Positions 29,296-40,131 of a stretch of 64,000 nucleotides of DNA are shown here, piece by piece (position 1 is the stretch's first letter; each line of letters starts with the position of its first letter). The DNA is from an uncultured delta proteobacterium (GTDB taxonomy: Bacteria; Desulfobacterota; Binatia; Binatales; Binataceae), in the NCBI GenBank assembly GCA_963794325.1, contig CAWCDG010000004.1, positions 640,001-704,000 on the forward strand, in the 5' to 3' direction. Made by a program: the position numbers and the translations under genes. The notes beneath the pieces are model-generated. The model saw only the letters and a program-made list of their open reading frames with translations. It did not search any database and was not told the DNA's origin.

Positions 29296-31023
29296 ATGAA
29301 AATTCACAAGTCCGTTCTGACGGCGTTGATCTTAACGTTGCACTGCGTCGCCACTGTCGGCCAATGCTCGGCAGCCAGTTCTCCTGCGGCGAGTCCGACC
29401 GCCAACGCAGTACCGCCTGCTAGTGCCGCGATTCAGGGGCTCGGCGACTTGCGCGCGCTCGTCGCGGCCGGCACGCTGTCCGATTTGCGCTGGCCCAACT
29501 TTACCGACTATCGCGACAGCGTGAAAAAATTCTACGACGCGGGCGGCTATTCGCTCGCGTGGATCCAGAACGGAAAAGCCAGCCCGCAGGCCGTCTCGAT
29601 GATTCTGCTCTTTCAACACGCTGGGTTGAAAGGCCTGAACCCTGAGGACTACGACGCATCGCGATGGGACGCGCGACTGGCGAAGCTGCAACCTACCGCG
29701 CCCAAGCCCTCAGACACCGACCTGGCGCATATCGATCTGGCGCTGACGGTCTGCGCGATGCGCTACATCTCAGATCTGCACATAGGAAGGGTTAACCCTC
29801 AGCACTTCAAGTTCGGCCTGACGGTCGGACCAACCAAGTATGACCTGGCTGACGAGCTAAGAACGCAAGTTCTCCCATCGTCAGATATTCCCGCGGTCAT
29901 AGTGAAGGTCGAACCAAACTATGATGGTTATCGACGCGTCGAAGATACGCTGGCCACTTACTCGAAAATGGCGACGGCGGGTGACACTCCACTTATACCG
30001 GTACCGCAGAAGGGCGTGCGTCCCGGGAGTAGCTTTGCGGCTATGCCTCAGTTAGTCGCACGATTGCATCAGCTAGGCGACCCTCCATCCAGCGCCGAAG
30101 TGCCGACTGACTCGACGCTATACAAAGGCGCTGTCGTCGATGCGGTGAAACACTTTCAACATCGCCACGGCCTCGACACTGACGGCGTCCTGGGTAAGGG
30201 CACGGTAAATGAACTGAACACGCCCCTCAAAACGCGGGTGCAACAGCTTCAACTCACGCTGGAACGATATCGATGGATCCCGCCGGACTTTCCCGAGCCG
30301 CCAATTGTCGTCAACATTCCCGAATTTCAGTTGCGTACGTTGCGCCGGCAGCCGGCTAGCTACCTGACGATGAAAGTAGTCGTCGGCAAGGCAATGCGGA
30401 CGCAGACGCCGGTGTTCGCGAATGCAATGAAGTATGTGATCTTTCGTCCCTATTGGCTGGTTCCAACCTCGATTCTGCGCAACGAGACAATTCCAAAAAC
30501 GCGACGCGATCCGAACTACCTGGCAGACAACGGATTCGAAGTGGTGGACAGCAGCGGCAACATAGTACCGTCGTCGCCGGCGTCCGACGATGTCATCGAC
30601 GGACTTCGATCCGGATCGTACCGCGTACGGCAGAGGCCCGGTCCCAAGAATGCGCTCGGCCTGGTGAAGTTCATCTTTCCCAATCAATACAACGTGTACC
30701 TGCACAGCACACCGGAACAGGAACTGTTCTCACGGTCCCGCCGCGACTTCAGTCACGGATGTATTCGTGTCGAGAAGCCCGCGGAACTGGCGGCATGGGT
30801 ACTGCGCGACAAGCCGCAATGGACGATGGACAAGATTCTAGCGGCGATGAACACCGGCCCGGACAACGTCCAGGTGAATCTCGACAAACCTATCCCAGTA
30901 CTAATTCTCTATAGCACCGCAGTAGTAGATCCAGACGGCGAAGTAAGGTTCTTCGATGACATCTATGGCTATGACAAATCGCTCGACAAGGTAATAGCGA
31001 ATGGCCCGCCCTATCCGAGTTGA
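29296..31023 (+). CDS. L,D-transpeptidase (YcbB/LdtD-like)
   Basis: Signal peptide, PG-binding [45 protein letters not shown]. Confidence 0.93.
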   Translation: MKIHKSVLTALILTLHCVATVGQCSAASSPAASPTANAVPPASAAIQGLGDLRALVAAGTLSDLRWPNFTDYRDSVKKFYDAGGYSLAWIQNGKASPQAVSMILLFQHAGLKGLNPEDYDASRWDARLAKLQPTAPKPSDTDLAHIDLALTVCAMRYISDLHIGRVNPQHFKFGLTVGPTKYDLADELRTQVLPSSDIPAVIVKVEPNYDGYRRVEDTLATYSKMATAGDTPLIPVPQKGVRPGSSFAAMPQLVARLHQLGDPPSSAEVPTDSTLYKGAVVDAVKHFQHRHGLDTDGVLGKGTVNELNTPLKTRVQQLQLTLERYRWIPPDFPEPPIVVNIPEFQLRTLRRQPASYLTMKVVVGKAMRTQTPVFANAMKYVIFRPYWLVPTSILRNETIPKTRRDPNYLADNGFEVVDSSGNIVPSSPASDDVIDGLRSGSYRVRQRPGPKNALGLVKFIFPNQYNVYLHSTPEQELFSRSRRDFSHGCIRVEKPAELAAWVLRDKPQWTMDKILAAMNTGPDNVQVNLDKPIPVLILYSTAVVDPDGEVRFFDDIYGYDKSLDKVIANGPPYPS

Positions 31024-31859
31024 CTGGCTGCTCCGTGGTCCTTGAACCACGCCAGCATCCGTTTCCATCCATCCTTGGCGGCTTGCGGATTGTAGCTGGG
31101 ACGATAATCAGCGTTGAAGCCGTGACCGGCATCGGGATAGATCACGATTTCTGACGGCTTGCCCGCCGCCTTGAGCGCGGCGCGCATCTGTTCGATTTGC
31201 GCAATCGGGATTCCCATATCTTTGCCGCCGTAGAGACCTAGAATCGGCGCATTGATCTGATTCACCAGATCGAGCGGATTCTTTGGCCTTAGGTCCGACG
31301 GCGGAGTCTCGAGAGGACCGTACCATGCGACTCCCGCTTTCAGATCGGGATTGTGCGCGGAGTAGAGCCAGACCTGTCGGCCGCCCCAGCAAAAACCGGT
31401 GATGCCCAGTTTGGTGGTATCAGCCTTACCGGTGCTTTTCGCCCACGCCATGGTTGCGTCGAGGTCGGTGGCAACCTGCTTGTCCGGCACTTTGGCGACG
31501 ACCTGCGAAATAATCTGCTGAACGTCACTCATCCTCGAAACGTCGCCTTCGCGCGAAAACAGCAGCGGCGCCACCGCGAAGTAACCCTGCTTGGCGAGGC
31601 GGCGGCAAATGTCTTTGATGTGCTCGTGGACGCCGAAGATCTCGTGCACGACCAGCACGGTCGGAAACGGGCCGCCGCTCGCCGGCATCGCGCGATACGC
31701 CGGAATCTCGCCGCCCTCGACCGGAATCTTGACCTCGCCGGCCACGAGTCCGTTGCTATCGGTCGTGATGGTGTCGGCCGACACCGGCATCACGGCCAGC
31801 GCGAAGCCGGTTGCGAGACTTCCCACCACGAACGCGCGACGCGAGATTTTAGTCGTCAT
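31011..31859 (-). CDS. Dienelactone hydrolase family protein with Tat signal
   Basis: [26 protein letters not shown]. Confidence 0.92.
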   Translation of the reverse strand: MTTKISRRAFVVGSLATGFALAVMPVSADTITTDSNGLVAGEVKIPVEGGEIPAYRAMPASGGPFPTVLVVHEIFGVHEHIKDICRRLAKQGYFAVAPLLFSREGDVSRMSDVQQIISQVVAKVPDKQVATDLDATMAWAKSTGKADTTKLGITGFCWGGRQVWLYSAHNPDLKAGVAWYGPLETPPSDLRPKNPLDLVNQINAPILGLYGGKDMGIPIAQIEQMRAALKAAGKPSEIVIYPDAGHGFNADYRPSYNPQAAKDGWKRMLAWFKDHGAASQLG

Positions 31860-31881
31860 GTTTTCAATTTCTGCAAGACGG

Positions 31882-32829
31882 TCATCTGGAACGCAAGGGA
31901 GTTTCGCGCATGAAACGGATCGTATCGTCCAAATCCCGGATGCCGGCGTCGGAGCCGAGGCCTTGCGCTACCAACGCGGCCGCGGCGTTGCCGAGTTTCA
32001 TGCATTCCGCCGGCGCCCAGCCGAGTCGCAGCGCGCGAATGAAGCCGGCGCAATATGCGTCGCCGCATCCTGATGTGTCGACGACTCCGATGTCGTGCGC
32101 CGCCAAATGCACCCGCTCGCGCGCAGTCGCCAGCAAGCTGCCGTCGCCACCCATCGTGAGCACGACTCCGCCCACACCGAGGTCAATCAATCGCGCGGCA
32201 GCATCTTCGGGCTTGTGCGAGTCCGTCAGCTTGCAAGCCTGATCACTGTTGGGCATGAACCAATCGACGAATGGCAAGCATGGCTTCAGTATCGCGAGCA
32301 GTTTGGGCGAGCCCTCACTCAGGATGTCCATGCTGGTGGTCGCACCGCCGTCGCGTGCGTGCCGAAGAATCTGCGCCGCTCCGTCGCGCCCGAGTCCGCG
32401 CATCGAATCGTTGCCGCCGAGATGCAGATGCGCCGTGCTCTCGATCAGCGCCCACGGCACGTCGTCGATCGAATACACAGCGTTGGCTCCGATCGCATGA
32501 AGCGCGGGCCGGTCGCCGTTTGGCCTGATCGGCAGAATGCTCGCCGAGGTTTGGACGCCAGTCTTGCGAACGACATGCGCAGTGTTGACGCCGAAGCGAT
32601 TCAACGAGCGGATAAGCACGGCGCCAAGTGCGTCGTCGCCGACGGCGCCGACCGTCGCGACTTCGAGTCCCAGTTTCGCGAGGCCGACCGCGGTGCCCGC
32701 CGCGGAACCCGCCGGCGCGAGCCGAATCTCGTCGAGCAGCACGCTGCCCTGCCCCTCGGGGATGTGCGTGACGTAGCGGCCGAGGATGTCGAGGACGTGC
32801 GCGCCGAGCGTCACAACGGTATCGCCCAT
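31882..32829 (-). CDS. PfkB family carbohydrate kinase
   Basis: [32 protein letters not shown]. Confidence 0.9.
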   Translation of the reverse strand: MGDTVVTLGAHVLDILGRYVTHIPEGQGSVLLDEIRLAPAGSAAGTAVGLAKLGLEVATVGAVGDDALGAVLIRSLNRFGVNTAHVVRKTGVQTSASILPIRPNGDRPALHAIGANAVYSIDDVPWALIESTAHLHLGGNDSMRGLGRDGAAQILRHARDGGATTSMDILSEGSPKLLAILKPCLPFVDWFMPNSDQACKLTDSHKPEDAAARLIDLGVGGVVLTMGGDGSLLATARERVHLAAHDIGVVDTSGCGDAYCAGFIRALRLGWAPAECMKLGNAAAALVAQGLGSDAGIRDLDDTIRFMRETPLRSR

Positions 32830-33518
32830 CAGTGACTCGGCCTCTTGCGAGCGATTTCACGATCCTGTCGCGCGATCACTGCAGCATGAAGCTGCGCGAC
32901 GGTTTTTTCCGGCAGTACCGTGATCGGCTTGCCAGTCGAAAGCGCATCCATATAGATGTGCGCGGATTTTTCGAGCAGCTCGACGAAGGTGAAAGTTTTG
33001 TCGAGATCGGTGCCGACGCAAAGCGTGCCGTGGTTCTGAAGAATGTAGCAATGGCATCGATTGGCGAGTTTGCGCGCGACGTTGTCGTGCAGTTCGGCAG
33101 AGCCTGACAAGGCGTACGGCACCACATCGATAGTCTTGCCGATCGCCAGTGTGACTTCGTCGAACAGCGGCGGGATCGGCTGATTCAGGATGCTGAGGGC
33201 GCTCGCGAACGTTTGATGAGTATGAATGACGGCGCTGACGTCGGCGCGCACCTTGTACGCCGCGACGTGCATCGGAGCTTCGATCGACGGTTTGCGCGTG
33301 CCCTCGATTGGCGCGAGGCCGAAGTCCACGACGCAGATGTCCTCGACCGTCATCACGTCGTACTGAAGCCGCGTCGGCGTGACGGCGATCGCATTCTCGC
33401 CTTCAACCAGCATCGAGACGTTGCCCGCGCTGCCCGACTTGGATCCGAAGTAGCCGTCAGCCGAAAGCCGCTGGCTGATGCTCAGGACTCGCCGCTTGTA
33501 CTCGTCGTAGCGTCCCAT
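32829..33518 (-). CDS. Class II aldolase/adducin family (FucA-like)
   Basis: GNVS, TPT, KPSIE..MH, VIHTH, LQNHG. Confidence 0.88.
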   Translation of the reverse strand: MGRYDEYKRRVLSISQRLSADGYFGSKSGSAGNVSMLVEGENAIAVTPTRLQYDVMTVEDICVVDFGLAPIEGTRKPSIEAPMHVAAYKVRADVSAVIHTHQTFASALSILNQPIPPLFDEVTLAIGKTIDVVPYALSGSAELHDNVARKLANRCHCYILQNHGTLCVGTDLDKTFTFVELLEKSAHIYMDALSTGKPITVLPEKTVAQLHAAVIARQDREIARKRPSH

Positions 33519-33588
33519 CTAAAAAAACGCGCCCCCACAGTATCGCTCAATTTTCACGATACCGCGGGGGCGACTTTACTCAAACCGG

Positions 33589-35001
33589 CTACGAGAGCTT
33601 GACCGAGTTCACGACCTGGATTTCCGTGAAGCCCATCAAACCCCACGGACCGTTCTCCACGCCTATGCCCGACCACTTCGCTCCGCCGAACGGCAGATTC
33701 GGCGCGATCGCGAGATGCTGATTGACCCACGCGGAACCGCATTCCAGCTGCGACGCGACCTCGGTGCCGCGGACCGAGTCGTTGGACCATACCGAGCCGC
33801 TCAGGCCGAAGTGCGTCGAGTTCGCGCGGCGGACCGCATCGTCGACATCCTTGTAAGGAATGATCGGGAGCGCCGGGCCGAACTGCTCTTCGTCAACCAG
33901 GCGCACGCCGTCGGAAATATTTCCGACGATGGTCGGCGCAAAGAAGTAGCCTTCCTTGCCGAGGCGCGAGCCGCCCGAGACAATCTTCGCGCCGTGCTTC
34001 TTGGCGTCCTCGACCAGCTCGGTCACGCGCTCGAACTGCATTTTGTTGTTGATCGGACCGAGCTGAGTGCCGGCCTCGAGCCCGTCGCCCACTTTGACGC
34101 CCTTGGCAATTTCGCCGAGGTTGTCGAGCAGCGCGTTGTACATCTGCTCCGGAACGTACACCCGCTTGATCGCGCTGCAGATCTGTCCCGAGTTCTCGAA
34201 CGCGCCCCAGAAAATCTTCGGAGCCACCGCGGCGGGATCCACGTCGGCCAGGATGATCGCGGCGTCGTTGCCGCCGAGCTCGAGCGTTACGCGCTTCAAA
34301 TCGGGTGCGGCCGCGGCTGCGACTCGCTTGCCGGTCTCGACTGAGCCGGTGAACGAAATCTTTCGCGGCACCGGATGCGTCGTCATCCACGCGCCGAGCT
34401 CGTCGCCGCCGGAGATCACGTTGAGAACCCCGGGCGGCACGATGTCGCGCAGAATCTCGCCGAGCATCAGCGTCGTGATCGGCGTGTATGGCGAAGGCTT
34501 CAGCACGATCGTGTTGCCCGCGAGCAGCGCCGGCGCGATCTTCCACATCCCGAGCATCAGCGGATAGTTCCACGGCGTGATCGCGGCGACGACGCCGAGC
34601 GGCTTGCGCTTGATCTCGATTTTGCCCTGCGGCGTGTCCTGCAGCACTTCAGCCGGCAGATCGAGCATCGCCGTGTATGCGCACCACATCGAAGTGCCCA
34701 TGATTTCCTGACCCGCTTTGTCGAGCGGCTTGCCCTGCTCGAGCGTGAGCGTCCGCGCGAGACCTTCAGGCGGTTGTTGAAGCGCGGCGGCGCAATCCTG
34801 GAGGACCTTGCGACGCGCATTGATGTCTTTGCTCCACGACGGGAACGCTTTCTGCGCCGCGTTCATCGCCTGGTCGAGTTCAGCCTTCGAGCAATCGGGA
34901 ACTTCGGCGAAAATCTTTCCGGTGGCGGGATTGATCACGCCAGTGGATTTCGATCCTTTCACCGACTTGCCGTCGATAGTCATGGTGTATCCAGCAGCCA
35001 T
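33589..35001 (-). CDS. Aldehyde dehydrogenase
   Basis: ITPWNYP, FTGS, LELGGND, SGQIC, EEQFGP, PFGGAK. Confidence 0.95.
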   Translation of the reverse strand: MAAGYTMTIDGKSVKGSKSTGVINPATGKIFAEVPDCSKAELDQAMNAAQKAFPSWSKDINARRKVLQDCAAALQQPPEGLARTLTLEQGKPLDKAGQEIMGTSMWCAYTAMLDLPAEVLQDTPQGKIEIKRKPLGVVAAITPWNYPLMLGMWKIAPALLAGNTIVLKPSPYTPITTLMLGEILRDIVPPGVLNVISGGDELGAWMTTHPVPRKISFTGSVETGKRVAAAAAPDLKRVTLELGGNDAAIILADVDPAAVAPKIFWGAFENSGQICSAIKRVYVPEQMYNALLDNLGEIAKGVKVGDGLEAGTQLGPINNKMQFERVTELVEDAKKHGAKIVSGGSRLGKEGYFFAPTIVGNISDGVRLVDEEQFGPALPIIPYKDVDDAVRRANSTHFGLSGSVWSNDSVRGTEVASQLECGSAWVNQHLAIAPNLPFGGAKWSGIGVENGPWGLMGFTEIQVVNSVKLS

Positions 35002-35119
35002 CAGAGTCTCCTTGTATGCGGAATCCGCGTGGGCAAATGTAACTGATTCAATACAACGGTGGTCGCGTCGCGCGCAAACGGCACTCGAGCGACAGCATCG
35101 ATTGCTCGCACCGGCGGGC

Positions 35120-35150
35120 AAAGAAAGGGCGGTCCGAGACCGGACCGCCC
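35120..35150 (-). terminator. Rho-independent terminator
   Basis: GGGCGGTCCG-4-CGGACCGCCC stem followed by TTTCTTT on the minus strand, 20 nt after a stop codon. Confidence 0.75.
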
Positions 35151-35169
35151 GCGATGGTTTCGATTTAGG

Positions 35170-35442
35170 TTAGTTTGTTTTTTGGGTCGAGCTCTTGTCG
35201 GTGGTCGTCGTGGATCCGCCCGGACCGTTGTCACTCGTAGTCGTTGCAGATTCCGAGGTCTTCTCGGAGGCCTGCGCCGGTGCCGCGGCGGCGCCGGGAG
35301 CGCCTGGCGCTCCTTGCGGTCCCTGTGCGCCGGCTACGGGAACCGTCGTAGTTTCTTTTTCACATCCGACGACCGCAGTGCCGAGCAGGAACGCGATACT
35401 GATCAACGCGGCTGCCGTTCCGATCTGTTTCTTAATCATCAT
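35170..35442 (-). CDS. Small lipoprotein with short collagen-like segment
   Basis: Lipobox VVG-C; GAQGPQGAPGAPGAA; Ser/Thr-rich tail; followed by terminator. Confidence 0.7.
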   Translation of the reverse strand: MMIKKQIGTAAALISIAFLLGTAVVGCEKETTTVPVAGAQGPQGAPGAPGAAAAPAQASEKTSESATTTSDNGPGGSTTTTDKSSTQKTN

Positions 35443-35560
35443 TTCGCCCTCATCTGACTGTAGTGTCCATCGAGGGTCACGATATCAGCAGTAGTCGGCG
35501 GATGTACTTCCATGATCGTGGATCGCCGTTACCAGCATAACCAACCACGTCGTTTCTCAA

Positions 35561-36946
35561 TCAGCCGGCGATTTCCTCCTTCAATCCCGCCACCTTCAGC
35601 GCTTTTCGCTTTGCGCCCTTGAGGTCGTAGTACCGGCGCGTGACGATTCGTTGCGCGTAGAGTCCGCCGCCCGCCTGCACGTTGGTGACGGCTTTCCATC
35701 CGCCGTATGCGTCGGCGGTGAGATCGCGAATCGCATGAAACAATCGCGCACGATATTCGCCGTCGATTCCCTTGCTGGTGCCCATGTACTTGCGGACGAG
35801 CGGGCCGGTCACTTCGTTTTCGAGATCGGCGACGCCGGGCGCAGTGAGGATCGATCCGCCCGAGATGTCGTGCAGGTGCCGCACCATCAGATTGTAGTTC
35901 GCCGCGCCGTGATACTTGCCGGCGTTGGTGTAAAGCTCGTCGGGAAACGCGCCCTGCTCTGTTATCTGGCAGTTCGCGATCGCTGCTTCGAGCGCGGCGC
36001 GAATCAAGGTGGCGTGGATGAGCATCTCGGAAATCTTCTCCTTGATATGCCCTTCGCCCGCCAGTCCGTTGGCCTCCGCGACCAGCTGCGCAAAGCCGAC
36101 CAGCTGATCGCCCTCTTCAGCCATCGCCGAAAGTCCGCCGAGCCGCTCCCAGAGCCCAAGCGAATGCGCAAACACGGCGGCCTGCGCAACCGCGCCGTCG
36201 AGAAAGATGCGCTCGTTCGGCACGAACACGTTGTCGAGGATCACGAATCCTTCGGCCATGTGAATTTTCGCGGAGACCGGGAACGTGCGCGTATCGGGAT
36301 GCCGCGGCGCGAACGTCGTGTCGATTATCTTGACCCCCGGCGAATTGACCGGCACTGCGCATCCGATCGCGTATGCCTCCTCGCCGGGCTTCATCGCCTT
36401 GGTCGGGATAACCATCAGGTCATGCGCCATCGACGCCCCCGTGATGTGCAGCTTGGCGCCGCGAATCACGACGCCGTCGGAGCGCCGCTCAACCACCCGC
36501 GTGTATGCATCCGGATCGTCCTGCTTGCCCGGTGGACGCGAGCGATCGCCCTTCGCGTCCGTGATGCATTCGACGATGCGAACGTCCTTGCGCTGCGCGG
36601 CATGCACGTAGTTGCGGATGCGCTCCGCATATTCCGGCAATGCGTCCGCGATGCGCGTCGCGGCGGTCGTCAGCGTCATGATCGATTGGTAAGTCACGTT
36701 GGCGACGATGTCGGATTCGAGCAGCAGTGGAATCCGATCGCGCAATTCATTCGCCGATCGCGGAATCCTCATCAGTGGGCTGACTGCTCCCGGCTCGGGC
36801 GAGTAGAACTTGTCGTAGCCTTCCGCAATTCGCGTGACGCATTCGCCAAGCACAGGATGATTGACGATGTCGCGCACGCGCTCGCCTTCGAAATAAGTCT
36901 CGCGATTGTCGTCGAGCGACTTCTTGTATTGCTGTCCGGTCATCAT
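35561..36946 (-). CDS. 4-hydroxyphenylacetate 3-hydroxylase / 4-hydroxybutyryl-CoA dehydratase family flavoprotein
   Basis: YFEGERV, TDAKGDRS, DGVVIRGAKLHITG, DNVFVPNERIF. Confidence 0.85.
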   Translation of the reverse strand: MMTGQQYKKSLDDNRETYFEGERVRDIVNHPVLGECVTRIAEGYDKFYSPEPGAVSPLMRIPRSANELRDRIPLLLESDIVANVTYQSIMTLTTAATRIADALPEYAERIRNYVHAAQRKDVRIVECITDAKGDRSRPPGKQDDPDAYTRVVERRSDGVVIRGAKLHITGASMAHDLMVIPTKAMKPGEEAYAIGCAVPVNSPGVKIIDTTFAPRHPDTRTFPVSAKIHMAEGFVILDNVFVPNERIFLDGAVAQAAVFAHSLGLWERLGGLSAMAEEGDQLVGFAQLVAEANGLAGEGHIKEKISEMLIHATLIRAALEAAIANCQITEQGAFPDELYTNAGKYHGAANYNLMVRHLHDISGGSILTAPGVADLENEVTGPLVRKYMGTSKGIDGEYRARLFHAIRDLTADAYGGWKAVTNVQAGGGLYAQRIVTRRYYDLKGAKRKALKVAGLKEEIAG

Positions 36947-37120
36947 CGCGATCTTCTCTCCTTAAACGGTCGTTCAATTGGCCCAAGTCTCGCCCAAATC
37001 GCCTCTCACGTTCAAGCACTCACCAGCGATCTGCTTGACAACGCCAGGGACCATCCGGTCATAGCTGCTCGACCTGCCGGGATACGGGCACTCGTACGAA
37101 ATGGCGGAGCGTTCAGGCGA

Positions 37121-37723
37121 CTAGAGCTTGAAGGTTTTGAGCGCGCTAAGGATTTTCGTGGTCAACTCGCTGTTCAGCGTCATCCCCTCAAACGCCATCG
37201 CTTCCAGGGTCAGGCACACGATGTGCGGGATTACTTCGTAGTGGGGATTGCCTGCGTCGGTCCGTGGAAAGAGTTCCTCGAACGATCGATTGATGAATTC
37301 CGATACCCGATCGTTCGCTTCGCTCACCGACTTTTGCAGATATGAATCGGTGCGGCTCGCCACCACCAGTTCGATCCACGCCGTCGTCAGGCGGCCATTG
37401 GAAATCTCCCACAACAGATCGATCGCCATCGCTCGCCGATCGCTCTCATCGGTCAGCCGGCTCACCTTTTCTTTTATCTCGCCGAACTTCAGTTCGAAAA
37501 GGTGCTCGACCGCGCTGGTCAGCAGCTCCTCTTTCTTCGGGAAATGGTAGAGCTGAGCGCCGCGCGAAAGGCCCGCGCGCTCGGCGATTTCGGAAGTTGT
37601 CGTGTTCGCGTAGCCTCTATCTATCAGGCATACGATAGCAGCGTCGAGCAGGCGTCGTCGCGTTTCTGCAGTTTTCTCGTCCTGCGTAAGGCGTTGCTTG
37701 AAGTTTGGTGAGGAAGCGCCCAT
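37121..37723 (-). CDS. TetR/AcrR family regulator
   Basis: TRRRLLDAA..GYANTTTSEIAERAGLSRGAQLYHFPKKEEL. Confidence 0.92.
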   Translation of the reverse strand: MGASSPNFKQRLTQDEKTAETRRRLLDAAIVCLIDRGYANTTTSEIAERAGLSRGAQLYHFPKKEELLTSAVEHLFELKFGEIKEKVSRLTDESDRRAMAIDLLWEISNGRLTTAWIELVVASRTDSYLQKSVSEANDRVSEFINRSFEELFPRTDAGNPHYEVIPHIVCLTLEAMAFEGMTLNSELTTKILSALKTFKL

Positions 37724-37822
37724 AACGCCGACAATCGTAGCAGACTGGGGTTCGTTATCAAGGAAGATAGGCGGTCGCCAAATTAGTATCGCTACTACAG
37801 GGTTATCCCGATTCCACGTGAT

Positions 37823-39172
37823 ATGAATTCACCGATGTCACCAGGTACGGGCGGGATGGCGGGAGCGAACGGCATTGCTGCGTGGCGGCGCTCGCTCGAT
37901 CAGTACCGCGATCGTCGCGTATTGCTAATCCTGCCGCTCGGCTTCGCCAGTGGCCTGCCGCTGCTGCTGACGTTTTCGACGCTGTCATTCTGGTTTGCCA
38001 AGGCCGGCGTCAGTAAGGCGACCATCGGCGCGTTCGCACTGGTCGGCACCCCGTATGCCTTCAAGTTCCTGTGGTCGCCGCTGATCGATCGGCTGCCACC
38101 CCCGATTCCGATCGGCCGCCGGCGCGGATGGGGCATCCCAATTCAACTTGCTCTAATCGCCACGACGCTCGCGCTGGGATCATGCGATCCGAAAGTCGAT
38201 CTCGCGCGGATGGCTGCGTTGGCGATCCTGGTTGCGTTCCTTTCAGCCAGCCAGGACGTCGTGATCGACGCTTACCGGATAGAGATTCTGACCCCCGATC
38301 AGCAAGGTCCCGGCGCCGCGATGATTCAGACCGGGTACCGGCTCGCCATGCTGGTGTCGGGTGCCGGCGCGCTGATTATCGCCGCCCGTTATGGATGGTT
38401 CGCGGCTTACGCCACGATGGCCGTGCTGCTTGGCGTCGGGATGCTCGTATTCATTTTCGGGCCCGAGCCAACCATACCGCCCGATGCGCAGCCGCATACC
38501 GCTTCGCGCGGGTTTGACGCGGTCCGCGAATGGTTCGCGACCGCGGTGGCAGGGCCGTTCGCCGACTTCATGCAACGACCGATGTGGCTCGCGATCATCA
38601 TCTTCATCGTCGGTTACAAGCTCGGCGAAGCGATGGCCGGCGTGATGGCTCCGCCGCTGTACGTCTCGATTGGATTCTCGCTCAACGAAATAGCCGCGGT
38701 CTCGAAGCTGGTCGGATTCTTCGCGACTATAGTCGGCGCGATCGTCGGCGGCATCGTGACCTCGAAGCTTGGCGTGATGCGCGCGCTCATCCTGTGCGGA
38801 CTTCTGCAATCGGCCGGCAACTTGTTTTACGTGCTGCAAGCCGTGGGCGGGCATCGGCTCGACTATCTTGCGTTATGCGTCGCCGCCGAGAATCTCACCA
38901 GCGCGATGGCCGGCACGGCGCTGGTCGCGTATCTCTCCGGCCTGTGTTCGCCGGCGTTCACCGCGACGCAATATGCGCTGCTGTCTTCCCTGTCGGCGGT
39001 GGGGCGCACGATGTTCGCGTCTTCGGGAGGCGTGCTGGCTGACAAGCTCGGCTGGGTTCCGTTTTTTCTACTCACGACGGTCGCGACGATTCCGGCGCTC
39101 ATGCTGCTTATCTGGATCGCGCGGCACAATCCGGAACCTTCGCCGGGACCGCGGGAATCTTTTGTTACATAG
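37823..39172 (+). CDS. ampG: AmpG family muropeptide MFS permease
   Basis: LGFASGLP, PYAFKFLWSPLID, SASQDVVIDAYRIE, ATQYALLSS. Confidence 0.92.
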   Translation: MNSPMSPGTGGMAGANGIAAWRRSLDQYRDRRVLLILPLGFASGLPLLLTFSTLSFWFAKAGVSKATIGAFALVGTPYAFKFLWSPLIDRLPPPIPIGRRRGWGIPIQLALIATTLALGSCDPKVDLARMAALAILVAFLSASQDVVIDAYRIEILTPDQQGPGAAMIQTGYRLAMLVSGAGALIIAARYGWFAAYATMAVLLGVGMLVFIFGPEPTIPPDAQPHTASRGFDAVREWFATAVAGPFADFMQRPMWLAIIIFIVGYKLGEAMAGVMAPPLYVSIGFSLNEIAAVSKLVGFFATIVGAIVGGIVTSKLGVMRALILCGLLQSAGNLFYVLQAVGGHRLDYLALCVAAENLTSAMAGTALVAYLSGLCSPAFTATQYALLSSLSAVGRTMFASSGGVLADKLGWVPFFLLTTVATIPALMLLIWIARHNPEPSPGPRESFVT

Positions 39173-39250
39173 ATAACACATTAGGTAGATTCATCTTCTG
39201 GTCGTGCCGTTATCCACCTTGCGCACCGACGGCTCTGATACACTGATCCG

Positions 39251-40021
39251 ATGACTCGTGTTCGACAATCAGGTGCCCGCAGATTGCGGGGCCTGAAGAA
39301 TATTTCCTGGCTCACGACGCGCCAGCTCGACAAGCTCTCCAATGCGCTTACTGTCAGCGTAGTCGAAAAGCGCGCGATTATTTTCGACGAGAAACATTCA
39401 CACGACTCCGCCTTTATCCTGCTGACGGGCGTGGCGCGAATCACATGCCGGAATCGCAAGGGAGCGCGCACTCTGGTGATCATGGTCGCACCCGGAATGA
39501 TTCCCGGCTTTCCCCCTCCGGTCGCCGGCATAAGTTACAATTTTCGATGCGAGGCGGTCACGGTTTGCCGCGTAGGAACAATCCAGCTCGAGGCGCTGGT
39601 CGAAATATCACTCGGCGTCGCGTCGGCCGACTTCAAGCGGATGGCGGAGAGCTACCTCGGCCGCTGGGATTTGGTTCAACTGCGCTGCGCGAATTTCATG
39701 AGCTGCACATTGGAAGAGCGCTTGGCGCTGATCCTGCTCGAACTGGGTGAAAATTTCGGCGTCCCCGACCCAAAAGGAATCCGCCTGACGCTGCCCACCC
39801 GCCATCGCGATATCGCCGAACTAGTAGGCGCGTCGCGGCCGCGAATCACCGAACATTTGATCATGTTCGAGCGCAAGCATCTGATTTCGCGCAACAGCCG
39901 TCAACTCGTCATCAGTCGCGATCGATTGGAAAGCTTTCTGGCGCAAACCCATATCGCTCTCGCCGAAGCAGAGTCCGGGAAAGCGCGCCGTAGCTCATCG
40001 GAACGTGCAGTTGGCGGCTGA
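39251..40021 (+). CDS. Crp/Fnr family regulator, paralog 1
   Basis: cNMP-like barrel (ILLTGVARIT), LEERLALILLEL, HTH HRDIAELVGASRPRITEHL. Confidence 0.85.
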   Translation: MTRVRQSGARRLRGLKNISWLTTRQLDKLSNALTVSVVEKRAIIFDEKHSHDSAFILLTGVARITCRNRKGARTLVIMVAPGMIPGFPPPVAGISYNFRCEAVTVCRVGTIQLEALVEISLGVASADFKRMAESYLGRWDLVQLRCANFMSCTLEERLALILLELGENFGVPDPKGIRLTLPTRHRDIAELVGASRPRITEHLIMFERKHLISRNSRQLVISRDRLESFLAQTHIALAEAESGKARRSSSERAVGG

Positions 40022-40131
40022 AGCTCGCCAGCGCATTCGGTTCCCTCAATCCTCTATTTTACGTTCTTCAAAGCACGAGTCATTTGTTATATGGGTGACA
40101 TTTCGTTTCCTCTATCGGTTGCAACAGGGGT

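Noticed and set aside
32332-32339. E. coli Chi octamer GCTGGTGG
   Set aside because: I noticed only one occurrence, which is expected by chance at this GC content, and Chi sequences are lineage-specific
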